A stretch of DNA of 64,000 nt from a virus: the IMG/VR virus record IMGVR_UViG_3300030098_004824, positions 13,557-77,556 of that record, one strand, 5' to 3'. Below, one piece after another: positions 48,413 through 58,598 of the stretch (within the stretch, counting starts at the first letter, position 1; each line of letters starts with the position of its first letter). The notes beneath the pieces are model-generated. The model did no database searches, was not told the DNA's origin, and saw nothing but the letters and a program-made list of their open reading frames with translations. Both the position numbers and the translations under genes were made by a program.

Positions 48413-49510
48413 ATGTCTCGTGGCAAACAATTACAAGAAATGGATCCAGGCACAAAGCAATCCAAAACTGCAGTAAATGCAAATGCTAAGGCTGGAGAAC
48501 CAATAGATACATCTGCTGGAAATTGGGAAGACCTTGGAGGTCCAACCCCAGAAAATTATAAGGTGGATGACGATTCAGCAAAGCTGAAGACACCTGGTGG
48601 TAATTTAAAACAGGTAAGTGATGTAGTCACTAACCGCAAAGGTAAAACTGCTAAAGAAGACGTGGAACTTGAAGATCAAGAAATTGTAGCTGAAGAACCT
48701 GCTACAGACGAAGAAGTCGTTGCAGAAAACGAAGCACCTACTGAAGAAGTCGTTGCAGAAGAAGAAACCGTTGAAGAGTATGACATGGAAGAAGATGTCA
48801 ATGCTCTACTTGGTGGAGAAGATCTTTCCGAAGATTTCAAAGCGAAAGCAAAAACAATTTTCGAAGCTGCTATTAACGCAAAAGTTGCTGAAGTCAAGGA
48901 AGCCCTTGAAGCAGAGCAACAAGAAAGAATTGCTGAAGAAGTAGAAGCAGCAAAAGAATCACTTGCAGAAAGAGTTGATTCTTATTTAGAATATGTTGCT
49001 GACGAATGGTTTGAAGAAAACCAAATTGCCGTTGAAAACGGTCTTAAGTCAGAGATGACAGAATCATTCCTTGAAGGAATGAAGAGTCTTTTTGAAGAAC
49101 ATTATGTACAAATCCCTGAAGATAAATACGATGTCCTTGAGAGTATGGTAGAAAAACTTGATGACATGGAAACCAAGCTCAATGAGCAAATAGAAAAGAA
49201 TATCGGACTAAACAGGAGACTCGCTGAGTCTGTTGCTGATGGTATCCTTGAAACTGTTTCTGATGGATTAGCGTCCACACAGAAAGAGAAGCTCGCTTCA
49301 CTTGCCGAAAGTGTAGAGTTTGAAAGTGAAGAATCTTATCGTGACAAGTTGGAGACATTGAAGGAATCTTATTTCGCTTCAAAACCAAATTCTCCACAAG
49401 CTAAAACTGAGACCCTTTCCGAGGGTGTAGACAACTCAGAAGGTGTTGGTGATATTACCAACTCTATGAGTGCGTACCTCAGAACTTTGGGCAGTTTTAA
49501 CAAAAACTGA
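48413..49510 (+). CDS. gp22: prohead scaffold protein
   Basis: Acidic; LSEDFKAKAKTIFEAA, DSYLEYVADEW; between gp21 and gp23. Confidence 0.92.
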   Translation: MSRGKQLQEMDPGTKQSKTAVNANAKAGEPIDTSAGNWEDLGGPTPENYKVDDDSAKLKTPGGNLKQVSDVVTNRKGKTAKEDVELEDQEIVAEEPATDEEVVAENEAPTEEVVAEEETVEEYDMEEDVNALLGGEDLSEDFKAKAKTIFEAAINAKVAEVKEALEAEQQERIAEEVEAAKESLAERVDSYLEYVADEWFEENQIAVENGLKSEMTESFLEGMKSLFEEHYVQIPEDKYDVLESMVEKLDDMETKLNEQIEKNIGLNRRLAESVADGILETVSDGLASTQKEKLASLAESVEFESEESYRDKLETLKESYFASKPNSPQAKTETLSEGVDNSEGVGDITNSMSAYLRTLGSFNKN

Positions 49511-49552
49511 TTTTAAAATTAATCAAACGTAAACTTATTAGGTAAACCTCAA

Positions 49553-50980
49553 ATGTTCCAATCAGAACAGTTGCAGGAAAAGTGGAAGCCTCTTCTAGAG
49601 TATGAGGGAGTCGATAAAATCGAAGATCCTCATCGTAGAGCCGTTACCGCAGTCCTGTTAGAAAATCAAGAAAAATTTTTAAGAGAGACATCTTCATTCC
49701 AAGAAAGTGGAATGTTGAACGAAACTCCAACCAATAGTACTGGATCTGGTGCTAACGCTGGTTTCAGTGCTAGTGCAACAGCTACAGGTCCAACAGCTGG
49801 TTTCGACCCAGTTCTAATCTCATTGATTAGACGTTCAATGCCAAACTTGGTCGCATATGACCTTGCTGGTGTTCAGCCAATGTCTGGTCCTACTGGACTA
49901 ATCTTCGCAATGCGTTCTCGTTACACTTCTCAGAGTGGAACCGAATCATTCTACAACGAAGCAGATACAGGATTCTCTGGACAGAACGAAGGATTTGACC
50001 TTACTCAAGGTTGGACTTCAGCTGCAGCTGGTATGGGTACTACTGCTCAGAAAGCACAGCAGAACCCATCTGTTCTAAACCCAACTTCATCTGCTACAGA
50101 AACTGACTACAACGTTGGTCAGGGTATGCGTACAGACAACGCTGAAGATTTAGGTACTTCTGGTGATAACTTCAACCAGATGGCATTCTCAATCGAGAAG
50201 GTCACAGTTACCGCCAAGTCTCGTGCGTTGAAAGCTGAGTACAGTTTAGAACTAGCTCAAGACCTCAAAGCAATCCACGGATTGAATGCAGAGGCAGAAC
50301 TTGCTAACATCCTTTCTACTGAAATCCTTGCTGAAATCAACAGGGAAGTCATTAGAACTATCTACAAGGTTGCAGAGCAAGGTGCTGTTTCAAACACAGC
50401 TTCTGCTGGTGTATTTGACCTAGACATTGACTCCAATGGTAGATGGTCAGTTGAGAAGTTCAAAGGTCTATTGTTCCAGATCGAGAGAGATGCTAACGCA
50501 ATCGCACAAAGAACTCGTCGTGGAAAGGGTAACATCATCCTCTGCTCTGCAGACGTTGCTAGTGCTCTAACAATGGCTGGTGTACTTGACTACACACCTG
50601 CACTTAATGCTAACCTTAATGTTGATGACACAGGCAATACATTTGCTGGTGTTCTACAAGGTAAGTACAGAGTGTACATCGACCCATATGCTGCTAACCT
50701 TGCTTCAGGTAACACTGCAACAAATAGTGGTAATCAGTACTATGTTGTTGGTTATAAGGGTTCATCTCCTTATGACGCAGGAATATTCTACTGCCCTTAC
50801 GTTCCACTACAGATGGTTCGTGCAGTGGGAGAAAACACCTTCCAGCCAAAAATCGGATTTAAGACTCGCTACGGCATGGTCGCTAATCCATTCGCTGAAG
50901 GTACAACTCAGGGTGCTGGTGCTCTTACTACTAACGCTAACCGTTACTACAGAAGAGTTGCTGTTAAGAACCTCATGTAA
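49553..50980 (+). CDS. gp23: major capsid protein
   Basis: GVQPMSGPTGLIFAMR, ELAQDLKAIHG, YCPYVPLQ, FQPKIGFKTRYG. Confidence 0.98.
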   Translation: MFQSEQLQEKWKPLLEYEGVDKIEDPHRRAVTAVLLENQEKFLRETSSFQESGMLNETPTNSTGSGANAGFSASATATGPTAGFDPVLISLIRRSMPNLVAYDLAGVQPMSGPTGLIFAMRSRYTSQSGTESFYNEADTGFSGQNEGFDLTQGWTSAAAGMGTTAQKAQQNPSVLNPTSSATETDYNVGQGMRTDNAEDLGTSGDNFNQMAFSIEKVTVTAKSRALKAEYSLELAQDLKAIHGLNAEAELANILSTEILAEINREVIRTIYKVAEQGAVSNTASAGVFDLDIDSNGRWSVEKFKGLLFQIERDANAIAQRTRRGKGNIILCSADVASALTMAGVLDYTPALNANLNVDDTGNTFAGVLQGKYRVYIDPYAANLASGNTATNSGNQYYVVGYKGSSPYDAGIFYCPYVPLQMVRAVGENTFQPKIGFKTRYGMVANPFAEGTTQGAGALTTNANRYYRRVAVKNLM

Positions 50981-51005
50981 GAAGAAAGGATATATATCCT
51001 TCATC

Positions 51006-51035
51006 AAAGAGACTCCTTCGGGGGTCTCTTTTTTT
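51006..51035 (+). terminator. intrinsic terminator with cUUCGg tetraloop
   Basis: AAAGAGACTCC-TTCG-GGGGTCTCTTT followed by a T-run after gp23. Confidence 0.9.
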
Positions 51036-51037
51036 GT

Positions 51038-51044
51038 CTAAATA
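51038..51044 (+). promoter_or_regulatory. late promoter
   Basis: CTAAATA immediately after the terminator. Confidence 0.55.
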
Positions 51045-51069
51045 TAACATAGGAGACCTGCTTTCTACT

Positions 51070-51222
51070 ATGTTTTGTAAAACTAAAATGAGTCGTGAAG
51101 ATCGACAAAAGAGAAAACTTAAAATGTATAGTTTCTGGGAAGATACTCTTGAAGAGAGACTTGCTGGAGTTAAAGCTGCAAAAGCAAAACTTGAGGAGCA
51201 AATGAATAGAGATGAGAACTAA
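51070..51222 (+). CDS. small hypothetical protein
   Basis: ORF 51034..51222; ATG 51070 after AGGAG; TAATG overlap with gp3. Confidence 0.6.
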   Translation: MFCKTKMSREDRQKRKLKMYSFWEDTLEERLAGVKAAKAKLEEQMNRDEN

Positions 51223-51797
51223 TGGCAGTTAGAAAACCCCCTGCAGATAGACCAGGAACTCCTTTAAGTAATAGGAATTTCTTAGCACCAACTGGATTTA
51301 AATTCTCACTTAAGAGAAGTCCAGCAGCTGCATTCTTCTGCAATCAAGCAAATATTCCATCAATGGATCTTGGTGTAGCAACTCAACCAACTTACTTGAG
51401 AGATATTCCAACACCAGGTGATAAGATAGATTTTGGTGATTTAAGTATTAGATTTCTTGTTGATGAAGATCTTGTTAACTATATGGAATTGCAAAGATGG
51501 ATTCGTGGTCTTGGTTTTCCAGATAGTATGAAAGACTTTAAAGATCTTGAAAAGGAAGCAATTATAAAACCAACCTTCGCAAATAAAGGAGATAACATTT
51601 ATTCTGATGGAACACTTCAAATTTTAAGTAGTAACTTGGTTGCTAAGTTCAATGTTAACTTTAAAGATCTATTTCCAGTATCATTATCTACAATTACATT
51701 TGATGCAACCGATACTGATATAGAGTACTTTACAGCAGAGGCAACTTTCAAGTATACTATATACAACCTAACTGATTTAGAAAATAACGATTTATGA
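51222..51797 (+). CDS. gp3: tail completion / tube terminator protein
   Basis: NFLAPTGFKF, FFCNQANIP, FLVDEDLVNY, FPVSLS. Confidence 0.88.
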   Translation: MAVRKPPADRPGTPLSNRNFLAPTGFKFSLKRSPAAAFFCNQANIPSMDLGVATQPTYLRDIPTPGDKIDFGDLSIRFLVDEDLVNYMELQRWIRGLGFPDSMKDFKDLEKEAIIKPTFANKGDNIYSDGTLQILSSNLVAKFNVNFKDLFPVSLSTITFDATDTDIEYFTAEATFKYTIYNLTDLENNDL

Positions 51798-52231
51798 GTA
51801 TTACTCTTGATAAACTTCAAGAGATGTGGGAAAAAGATGCAAAGATAGATCCAGATAATCTGCACACAGAGTCATTGAATATCCCCTCTCTTCATGCAAA
51901 ATATTTTGAATTATATAATACAATCTTCTTACTAAGAAAAAAAGCAGATCAACAAAGAAAGAATATCCGTCATGAACGGTATGAATATTTTAGTGGAAAA
52001 GCAGACCCAGACGTTTATATTGAGAATCCATTTCCAAAAAAGATAAGAGATAAAGATACGATGCAGAAGTATCTTGATGCTGATAACAAACTTTCAACAT
52101 CATCTCTTAAGATAGAATACTATGATACTATGCTTGTTTATATTGAAAGTATTCTTAAAGTAATACAGAATAGAACATTTCAAATTAAAAATGCTATTGA
52201 GTATATGAGATTTCAATCTGGGATGGGTTGA
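51794..52231 (+). CDS. uvsY: recombination mediator UvsY
   Basis: IPSLHAKY, YLDAD, RTFQIKNAIE. Confidence 0.9.
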   Translation: MSITLDKLQEMWEKDAKIDPDNLHTESLNIPSLHAKYFELYNTIFLLRKKADQQRKNIRHERYEYFSGKADPDVYIENPFPKKIRDKDTMQKYLDADNKLSTSSLKIEYYDTMLVYIESILKVIQNRTFQIKNAIEYMRFQSGMG

Positions 52232-52240
52232 CAGGGGTAA

Positions 52241-52247
52241 CTAAATA
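52241..52247 (+). promoter_or_regulatory. late promoter within a short inverted repeat
   Basis: CTAAATA within GGGTA-ACTAAA-TACCC upstream of uvsW. Confidence 0.5.
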
Positions 52248-52268
52248 CCCATAGATGCTATGGAATAG

Positions 52269-53744
52269 GTGATTGACACAACTGCCAATCTTGTTATATC
52301 CAAAGCGAATGAAGTATTTTTAACAGTAAATGCTGAGCCTCATATTGAGTATGAACTGAGGGATCATTTTACTTTTCAAGTTGAAGGGGCAAAGTTTATG
52401 CCTCAATACAGAAATCGCAATTGGAATGGAGAAATACATTTATTTGATTTAAGATCAAAAAGAATTTATGTTGGTCTATTGGATCGTATAGTTTCTTTTT
52501 GTAATAGGAATGATTATACTTATAAGTTTGTAGATAATGAATATTATGGTACACCCTTTGAAGAAAATGAGGGTATATCATATGAGGGTGTTAAAGATTA
52601 TATGTCATCTATTTGCAATCATTCTCCAAGGAAATATCAAGTTCAGGGAGTATACGATGCTTTAAAACATAATAGAAAGCTATTGATATCACCCACTGCT
52701 TCAGGCAAATCTTTGATGATTTATTCTCTTGTAAGGTATTATGTAGAGAAAGAACAAAAAATCCTTTTAGTTGTTCCCACGACATCTCTTGTAGAGCAGA
52801 TGTATAAAGACTTTTTTGATTATGGTTGGGATGCTGATTCATACTGTCACCGTATATATTCTGGAAAAGAAAAGACGAATGAATATCCTGTTACTATTAC
52901 TACTTGGCAATCTGTTTACAAATTAGAAAGATCATTCTTCAAAGGTTATGATGTGATCATTGGGGATGAAGCACATCTTTTTAAGAGTAAGTCTTTAATA
53001 TCTATAATGACAAAATTAGACTCTGCAAAATATAGATATGGATTTACTGGAACACTTGATGGAACACAGACTCATAAATGGGTATTGGAAGGATTGTTTG
53101 GTCCATCATATAAAGTAACAAAGACTGATGAATTAATGAGACAGGGACATCTTTCTCAATTAGATATTCAATGTCTTGTTCTTAAACATACTCCTCAAAA
53201 ATTTGATACTTATAATGATGAAATAGAATATTTAATTTCACATGAACAAAGAAATAATTTTATAAAAAATCTTGCACTAGATCTAAAAGGAAATACTCTT
53301 GTATTGTATAGTAGGGTAGAAGCACACGGACAAGTTCTTTATGATTTAATAAATAATAGTAAGCATACTGACCGTAAAGTATTTTTTGTACATGGTGGAG
53401 TAGATGCTGAACAAAGAGAATCTATTAGGGAGATTACTGAAAATGAAAAAGATGCAATCATTGTTGCCAGTTATGGCACTTTTAGTACTGGGATCAACAT
53501 TAAGCGGCTGCACAACGTCATCTTCGCCAGTCCCTCCAAGTCCAGAGTTAGAAATCTCCAATCCATTGGCAGAGTTCTCAGGAAAGGCACTAACAAAGTA
53601 AAAGCGATACTATATGATATTTCTGATGACTGCACTAAAGGGTCAAAAAGAAATTATACATTAAACCACTTCATAGAAAGGATCAAAATTTACAATGAAG
53701 AAAATTTCAACTATGAGATAATTACAATTCAGTTAAAACAATGA
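52269..53744 (+). CDS. uvsW: SF2 DNA/RNA-DNA helicase UvsW
   Basis: SPTASGKS, DEAH, TGT, QSIGRVLR. Confidence 0.95.
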   Translation: MIDTTANLVISKANEVFLTVNAEPHIEYELRDHFTFQVEGAKFMPQYRNRNWNGEIHLFDLRSKRIYVGLLDRIVSFCNRNDYTYKFVDNEYYGTPFEENEGISYEGVKDYMSSICNHSPRKYQVQGVYDALKHNRKLLISPTASGKSLMIYSLVRYYVEKEQKILLVVPTTSLVEQMYKDFFDYGWDADSYCHRIYSGKEKTNEYPVTITTWQSVYKLERSFFKGYDVIIGDEAHLFKSKSLISIMTKLDSAKYRYGFTGTLDGTQTHKWVLEGLFGPSYKVTKTDELMRQGHLSQLDIQCLVLKHTPQKFDTYNDEIEYLISHEQRNNFIKNLALDLKGNTLVLYSRVEAHGQVLYDLINNSKHTDRKVFFVHGGVDAEQRESIREITENEKDAIIVASYGTFSTGINIKRLHNVIFASPSKSRVRNLQSIGRVLRKGTNKVKAILYDISDDCTKGSKRNYTLNHFIERIKIYNEENFNYEIITIQLKQ

Positions 53745-54154
53745 TAGAAGACGATTTTTATGCAACACTAAAATTAAATTCGGGTGAAGAGGTATTTGCT
53801 AAAGTAGCAGCTTCTGAAGAAGAAGGGCGAACTATGCTAATACTTCATCATCCAGTTATTGTTTCTGAAATTAAAATGAAGAAAGGTTTAGTTGGATATA
53901 AAGTAGAACCTTGGTTAAAGACAACAAGAGAAGATATGTTTGTTATGGATATGGATAAAGTTATTACTATGTCTGAATCTAATGATATGGAAATTATATT
54001 AATGTATCAAAATTTTGTTCGCCACGCACAAAACGAAATGGGAAACCAAGAACCTTTAAATAGAAAAATGGGTTATATATCTAACGTAAATGATGCTAAA
54101 GAACTTTTAGAAAAACTCTATAAGCTTAATAAACCAAAGAAGCCTAATACCTGA
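53741..54154 (+). CDS. cyanophage hypothetical protein
   Basis: ORF track; KLNSGEE motif; position between uvsW and gp55. Confidence 0.75.
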   Translation: MIEDDFYATLKLNSGEEVFAKVAASEEEGRTMLILHHPVIVSEIKMKKGLVGYKVEPWLKTTREDMFVMDMDKVITMSESNDMEIILMYQNFVRHAQNEMGNQEPLNRKMGYISNVNDAKELLEKLYKLNKPKKPNT

Positions 54155-54174
54155 TCTTTAACCCCAACAGAGTT

Positions 54175-54203
54175 ATTCTACTGTTATTTTTGTACCTTGT
54201 CAA
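54175..54203 (-). promoter_or_regulatory. leftward (antisense) sigma70-type promoter
   Basis: Minus strand TTGACA (54203-54198)-N17-TAGAAT (54180-54175). Confidence 0.6.
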
Positions 54204-54225
54204 CTATGTGTAGAAATGCTATAAT
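54197..54225 (+). promoter_or_regulatory. sigma70-type promoter for the gp55 operon
   Basis: TTGTCA-N17-TATAAT with extended -10 TG. Confidence 0.75.
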
Positions 54226-54249
54226 AATACATAGTAGTGATAAAGACTT

Positions 54250-54789
54250 ATGGCAATAATCAGACCTATGGCAAAACGTAAGAGATCTGAACACTATGTG
54301 AACAATAAAGAATTCCTTGCTGCTTTAATCAAGTATCGTGAAGATGTAGAAATTACTTATATTAGGAAATTTGGTGAACCTCCAGATAAAGCAGGTAGAG
54401 CATCTAAATGGGATACTAAACCAATGATACCTCGCTACATAGGAGATTGTTTTTTAAAGATTGCAAATCATTTATCATTTAAACCAAACTTTGTTAATTA
54501 TATGTTCAAAGAGGATATGATTTCTGATGGAATAGAAAATTGTGTTCAGTACATTCATAATTTTAATCCTGAAAAATCTCAAAATCCTTTTGCTTATTTT
54601 ACTCAAATTATTCATTACGCATTTCTCCGCAGAATACAAAGAGAAAAACGTCAGTTAGATATTAAGAATAAAATTATTGAAAGATCTAATTATCAAGAAG
54701 TGTTTGATGATAATAATACTATTGACGGATCTAATTATTCAGATTATAATTCAATCAAAGATGCGGTACATGCTAAGCTTCGTAATTAA
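54250..54789 (+). CDS. gp55: late transcription sigma factor
   Basis: HYVNNKEF, EDMISDGIENC, NPFAYFTQI. Confidence 0.96.
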   Translation: MAIIRPMAKRKRSEHYVNNKEFLAALIKYREDVEITYIRKFGEPPDKAGRASKWDTKPMIPRYIGDCFLKIANHLSFKPNFVNYMFKEDMISDGIENCVQYIHNFNPEKSQNPFAYFTQIIHYAFLRRIQREKRQLDIKNKIIERSNYQEVFDDNNTIDGSNYSDYNSIKDAVHAKLRN

Positions 54790-55832
54790 TGAAGATTGCA
54801 ATTATAACAGACCAGCACTTTGGATGTAGAAAAAACTCAAAACTTTTTCACGATTACTTTCTAAAGTTCTATAATGATGTTTTCTTTCCTACTTTAGAGA
54901 AGGAAGGAATTGATACGATTATCGATATGGGAGATACTTTCGATAGTCGTAAGGGAATAGATTTTTCTGCTTTATCTTGGGCAAAGGATCATTATTATGA
55001 TAGGTTAAGAGATTATACTATTCATACTATTGTAGGAAATCATACAGCATATTATAAGAATACTAATGATATTAATGCTGTAGATTTATTATTACGTGAG
55101 TATGATAATGTAAAAATATATTCAGAAGTTACAAGTATAGAAGTTGGTGGTTTAAATATTCTCCTTGTTCCTTGGATCAATCAGGAAAATCAAGAAAGGA
55201 GTATTGGATTAATTAACAAATCAAGGGCTCCTGTTTGTATGGGTCATTTAGAACTTAATGGTTTTATAGTAACTCAAGAGATTCTAATGGATCATGGTCT
55301 TGATATGAAATACTTTAAGAAGTTTGAGAAAACTTTTTCTGGTCATTTTCATACAAGATCTAATAATGATAATATCTATTACTTAGGTAATCCTTATGAG
55401 ATCTATTGGAATGATTATAATACCGATAGAGGTTTCCATCTTTTTGATACAGAAACTTTAGAGCATACTCCTATCAACAATCCTTATAAGATGTTTTATA
55501 AGATCTTTTATGAGGATACTAATTATCAGACTTTTGATACTAGAGAATATGAAGGTAAGATTGTGAAACTTATTGTTCGTAAAAAAACTGATAGTAAAAA
55601 GTTTGAAAAATTTATTGATAAATTATTTGCTTCTAATATAAACGAACTTAAAATTGTAGAAAATTTTGAGTTTGGTGGTTACTATCAACATGATGATTTT
55701 GAACCTTTTGAGTCTGAAGATACTATGTCAATTCTCAATAGATATATTGATGAAGCAGAAATATCTTTAGATAAATCTGTAGTTCAAAAAATTATGCAGG
55801 ATGTTTATCAAGAGGCATGTGAGGTTGTATAA
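54789..55832 (+). CDS. gp47: recombination endonuclease subunit (Mre11/SbcD-like)
   Basis: ITDQHFG, GDTFD, VGNH, FSGHFH. Confidence 0.95.
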   Translation: MKIAIITDQHFGCRKNSKLFHDYFLKFYNDVFFPTLEKEGIDTIIDMGDTFDSRKGIDFSALSWAKDHYYDRLRDYTIHTIVGNHTAYYKNTNDINAVDLLLREYDNVKIYSEVTSIEVGGLNILLVPWINQENQERSIGLINKSRAPVCMGHLELNGFIVTQEILMDHGLDMKYFKKFEKTFSGHFHTRSNNDNIYYLGNPYEIYWNDYNTDRGFHLFDTETLEHTPINNPYKMFYKIFYEDTNYQTFDTREYEGKIVKLIVRKKTDSKKFEKFIDKLFASNINELKIVENFEFGGYYQHDDFEPFESEDTMSILNRYIDEAEISLDKSVVQKIMQDVYQEACEVV

Positions 55833-56104
55833 TGTATATTATCACCGTAAAGGGAGAAGAAAATAATGGTGCATATTCTGTAGGTAATGCTGAAGGAGAG
55901 CAAATTCTTTATCTTTTTGAGGAAGAGGATGATGCAGTTAGATTTGCATTACAATTGGAGGAAGATGATTATCCTGAAATGAATGTTATTGAAGTAGATG
56001 AGGAATTAATGCTAAAAACTTGCGAAACTAACGATTTTAGGTATACTGTTATAACTAAAAATGATATTGTTATTCCACCTTTGAAACAAAATGATTTTAT
56101 TTGA
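55832..56104 (+). CDS. hypothetical protein
   Basis: ORF track; LFEEEDDAVRFA. Confidence 0.75.
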   Translation: MYIITVKGEENNGAYSVGNAEGEQILYLFEEEDDAVRFALQLEEDDYPEMNVIEVDEELMLKTCETNDFRYTVITKNDIVIPPLKQNDFI

Positions 56105-57803
56105 AAAGGTACGTTGGAAGAATTTTCTATCCACTGGTAACCAATATAGTGAAATAAATTTTACTGAACATTCTACTAATTTGATTATTGGTACTAATGG
56201 TGCAGGTAAGAGTACAGTGCTTGATGCATTGACTTTTTCTTTATTCTCTAAACCTTTTAGGAAGATTAATAAAGGACAGTTGGTTAATACTGTTAATGAA
56301 AAAGATTGTAAGGTGGAAGTGGAGTTTATTGTTAATGGAATTTGTTGGAAAGTTATAAGAGGTATTAAACCAAATATTTTTGAGATATGGAAAGATGGTA
56401 GATTATTAAATCAGTTTTCTCATTCTGCTGATCAACAGAAGTGGTTGGAGCAAAATGTAATTAAGATGAACTATAAGTCATTTACTCAGATTGTTATTTT
56501 GGGATCAAGTGCTTTTGTTCCTTTTATGCAATTAACTAATACTCATCGTAGAGAAGTTATTGAGGATCTACTTGATATTAAAATATTTTCTTCAATGAAT
56601 AATATTATTAAGGATAAGATTCGTCAAAGAAAGGAAGAAATAAAAGTTCTTAATCTTAAAAAAGAATCTCTCAATGATAAAGTTCAGATGCAAGAGAACT
56701 TTATTGAAGAATTGGAAATGCGTGGTAAAGAAAATATTGAAGAAAAAAGACGTAAGATAAAAGTATTGGGAATTGAAGTTGGTACTCATATTGAGCATAA
56801 TGAAATAACGGAAAGTAATGTAGTAGATCTTATCAATGAACAAGAAAAGGTAACTGGTGCTACAAAAAAACTTCGTGAGTTAGGAAATCTTAAAGGAAAG
56901 ATATCTCAGAAAGTATCAACGATTACTAAAGAGCATAAGTTCTTTACAGAGAATACGGTATGTCCTACCTGTGATCAGGATATTCAGGAGGAGTTTAGAA
57001 TAAATAGGATCGAAGATGCTCAAACTAAAGCAAAGGAGTTGCAATCTGGTTATAAAGAACTAGAACAAGCAATTAAAGAAGAAGAAGAGCGAGAGCATCA
57101 TTTTAAAAATTTATCTAAGGAGATTACTAACCTCAATAATGGCATTTCTCAAAACAATACTCGCATCTCTGGATGTCAGCGACAAATCAGAGATCTTGAA
57201 AATGAAATTCAAACACTTACCAATCAACTTGAAAATAGAAATACTGAAAATGAGAAGTTAGAATCATTTAAAGAAAATTTATCAGAAACATATAACGAAT
57301 TAGTCTCTCAAAAAGATTCCATCAGATATTATGATTTTTCATATGGTTTGCTTAAAGATGGTGGAGTTAAATCTAAGATTATAAAGAAGTATCTACCTTT
57401 GATTAATCAACAGGTAAATCGTTACCTTCAGATGATGGACTTCTATATAAATTTTATTCTTGATGAAGAGTTTAATGAAACTGTATCTTCCCCAATACAT
57501 GAGGACTTTTCTTATGCTTCTTTTAGTGAGGGTGAGAAGATGAGGATTGACCTAGCACTTCTGTTTACTTGGAGAGAAGTTGCAAGGATGAAAAACTCTG
57601 TTAATACTAATCTCCTTATTATGGATGAGGTATTTGATAGTTCTCTTGATGGATATGGCACAGAGGAATTCTTAAAGATTATTAAGTATGTTATAAAAGA
57701 TGCTAATATATTTGTTATATCACATAAGGTTGGATTGGAAGATAGATTTGATAGTGTTACAAAATTTGAGAAAGTTAAGGGTTTTAGTAGTATGGTTTCA
57801 TAA
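56091..57803 (+). CDS. gp46: recombination ATPase subunit (Rad50/SbcC-like)
   Basis: GTNGAGKS, CPTC zinc hook, FSEGEK, LIMDEVFDSSLD. Confidence 0.96.
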   Translation: MILFEKVRWKNFLSTGNQYSEINFTEHSTNLIIGTNGAGKSTVLDALTFSLFSKPFRKINKGQLVNTVNEKDCKVEVEFIVNGICWKVIRGIKPNIFEIWKDGRLLNQFSHSADQQKWLEQNVIKMNYKSFTQIVILGSSAFVPFMQLTNTHRREVIEDLLDIKIFSSMNNIIKDKIRQRKEEIKVLNLKKESLNDKVQMQENFIEELEMRGKENIEEKRRKIKVLGIEVGTHIEHNEITESNVVDLINEQEKVTGATKKLRELGNLKGKISQKVSTITKEHKFFTENTVCPTCDQDIQEEFRINRIEDAQTKAKELQSGYKELEQAIKEEEEREHHFKNLSKEITNLNNGISQNNTRISGCQRQIRDLENEIQTLTNQLENRNTENEKLESFKENLSETYNELVSQKDSIRYYDFSYGLLKDGGVKSKIIKKYLPLINQQVNRYLQMMDFYINFILDEEFNETVSSPIHEDFSYASFSEGEKMRIDLALLFTWREVARMKNSVNTNLLIMDEVFDSSLDGYGTEEFLKIIKYVIKDANIFVISHKVGLEDRFDSVTKFEKVKGFSSMVS

Positions 57804-58432
57804 TGCCCACTTTTAAACATTCTCCTACTGGTAAGAGATTTTTCTTTGCACATATTCCTAGAACTGCTGGTAGATTCATTATATCCAATATAATGTTTAA
57901 GAATCAATGTGATTGGGATGATCTACATCTTGGTGAAGATAAGATGTATAATCTCTATGAAGGAATGGAAATAGGACATTTTCATAAAGATTATTACGAA
58001 AAGTATTTGAAGGTAAAGGGTATACCTCATTTTTCAATTGTTAGAAATCCTATTACTCGTTTTAAATCTGCTTCAATATATTTAAAAAGATATATTGGTG
58101 AGAATATAGAAAAGGATATGGAAGATCCAAAAATATTTTCCTCCACTATTAAAGCATTGGGTTGGCATCATTCAGAAGCTGCTAATTGGTTTAGACCTCA
58201 AATTGATTTTATGAATAATGAAACTAAGATTTGGAAATTTGAATATGGATTTGAAAAAAAGTTTGCCACTTGGATAAGTAGCATAGTAGGGGTTGACTTA
58301 ATCTTTGATCGTAAAGTAGAATACCCGATGCAGAAAGATGAGTCTAATAAATTTATTCTCACTTCTAATCATATAGATAATATTAGAAATTATTACAAGG
58401 ATGATTTTACCGAGTTCTATCCAGACCAATGA
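57803..58432 (+). CDS. sulfotransferase family-2-like protein
   Basis: FAHIPRTAG (5'-PSB-like), FSIVRNPITRFKS (3'-PB-like), FRPQ, YYKDDF. Confidence 0.75.
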   Translation: MPTFKHSPTGKRFFFAHIPRTAGRFIISNIMFKNQCDWDDLHLGEDKMYNLYEGMEIGHFHKDYYEKYLKVKGIPHFSIVRNPITRFKSASIYLKRYIGENIEKDMEDPKIFSSTIKALGWHHSEAANWFRPQIDFMNNETKIWKFEYGFEKKFATWISSIVGVDLIFDRKVEYPMQKDESNKFILTSNHIDNIRNYYKDDFTEFYPDQ

Positions 58433-58584
58433 ACACCCCAAACTGGCAGCATCATTCCAAGAAGGATGCCAAACGAAAACTTAAACCACAAGCACTACGT
58501 TCTGCAAGAGAAAGACGCAGACAATTAATAAAGTGTCTACAGACCGCCCACAAGAGGCGGTTTTCTAGTATTATAGGTATATAA
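58429..58584 (+). CDS. small basic hypothetical protein (51 aa)
   Basis: Manual translation MNTPNWQHHSKKDAKRKLKPQALRSARERRRQL...*; ATGA overlap. Confidence 0.65.
   Translation: MNTPNWQHHSKKDAKRKLKPQALRSARERRRQLIKCLQTAHKRRFSSIIGI
58529..58574 (+). promoter_or_regulatory. AAAGTGTC motif + hairpin + -10 box
   Basis: TAAAGTGTC; ACCGCC/GGCGGT stem with T-run; TATTAT at 58569; same layout as 61906-61952. Confidence 0.55.
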
Positions 58585-58598
58585 GACGAAAACACCCG

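Noticed and set aside
50580-51041. 153-aa alternative-frame ORF inside gp23
   Set aside because: Leu/Met-rich by-product of codon bias; it runs through the gp23 terminator.
52228-52260. sigma70 promoter for uvsW based on TTGACA at 52228
   Set aside because: No acceptable -10 box at 16-18 nt spacing; the late CTAAATA site explains the region better.
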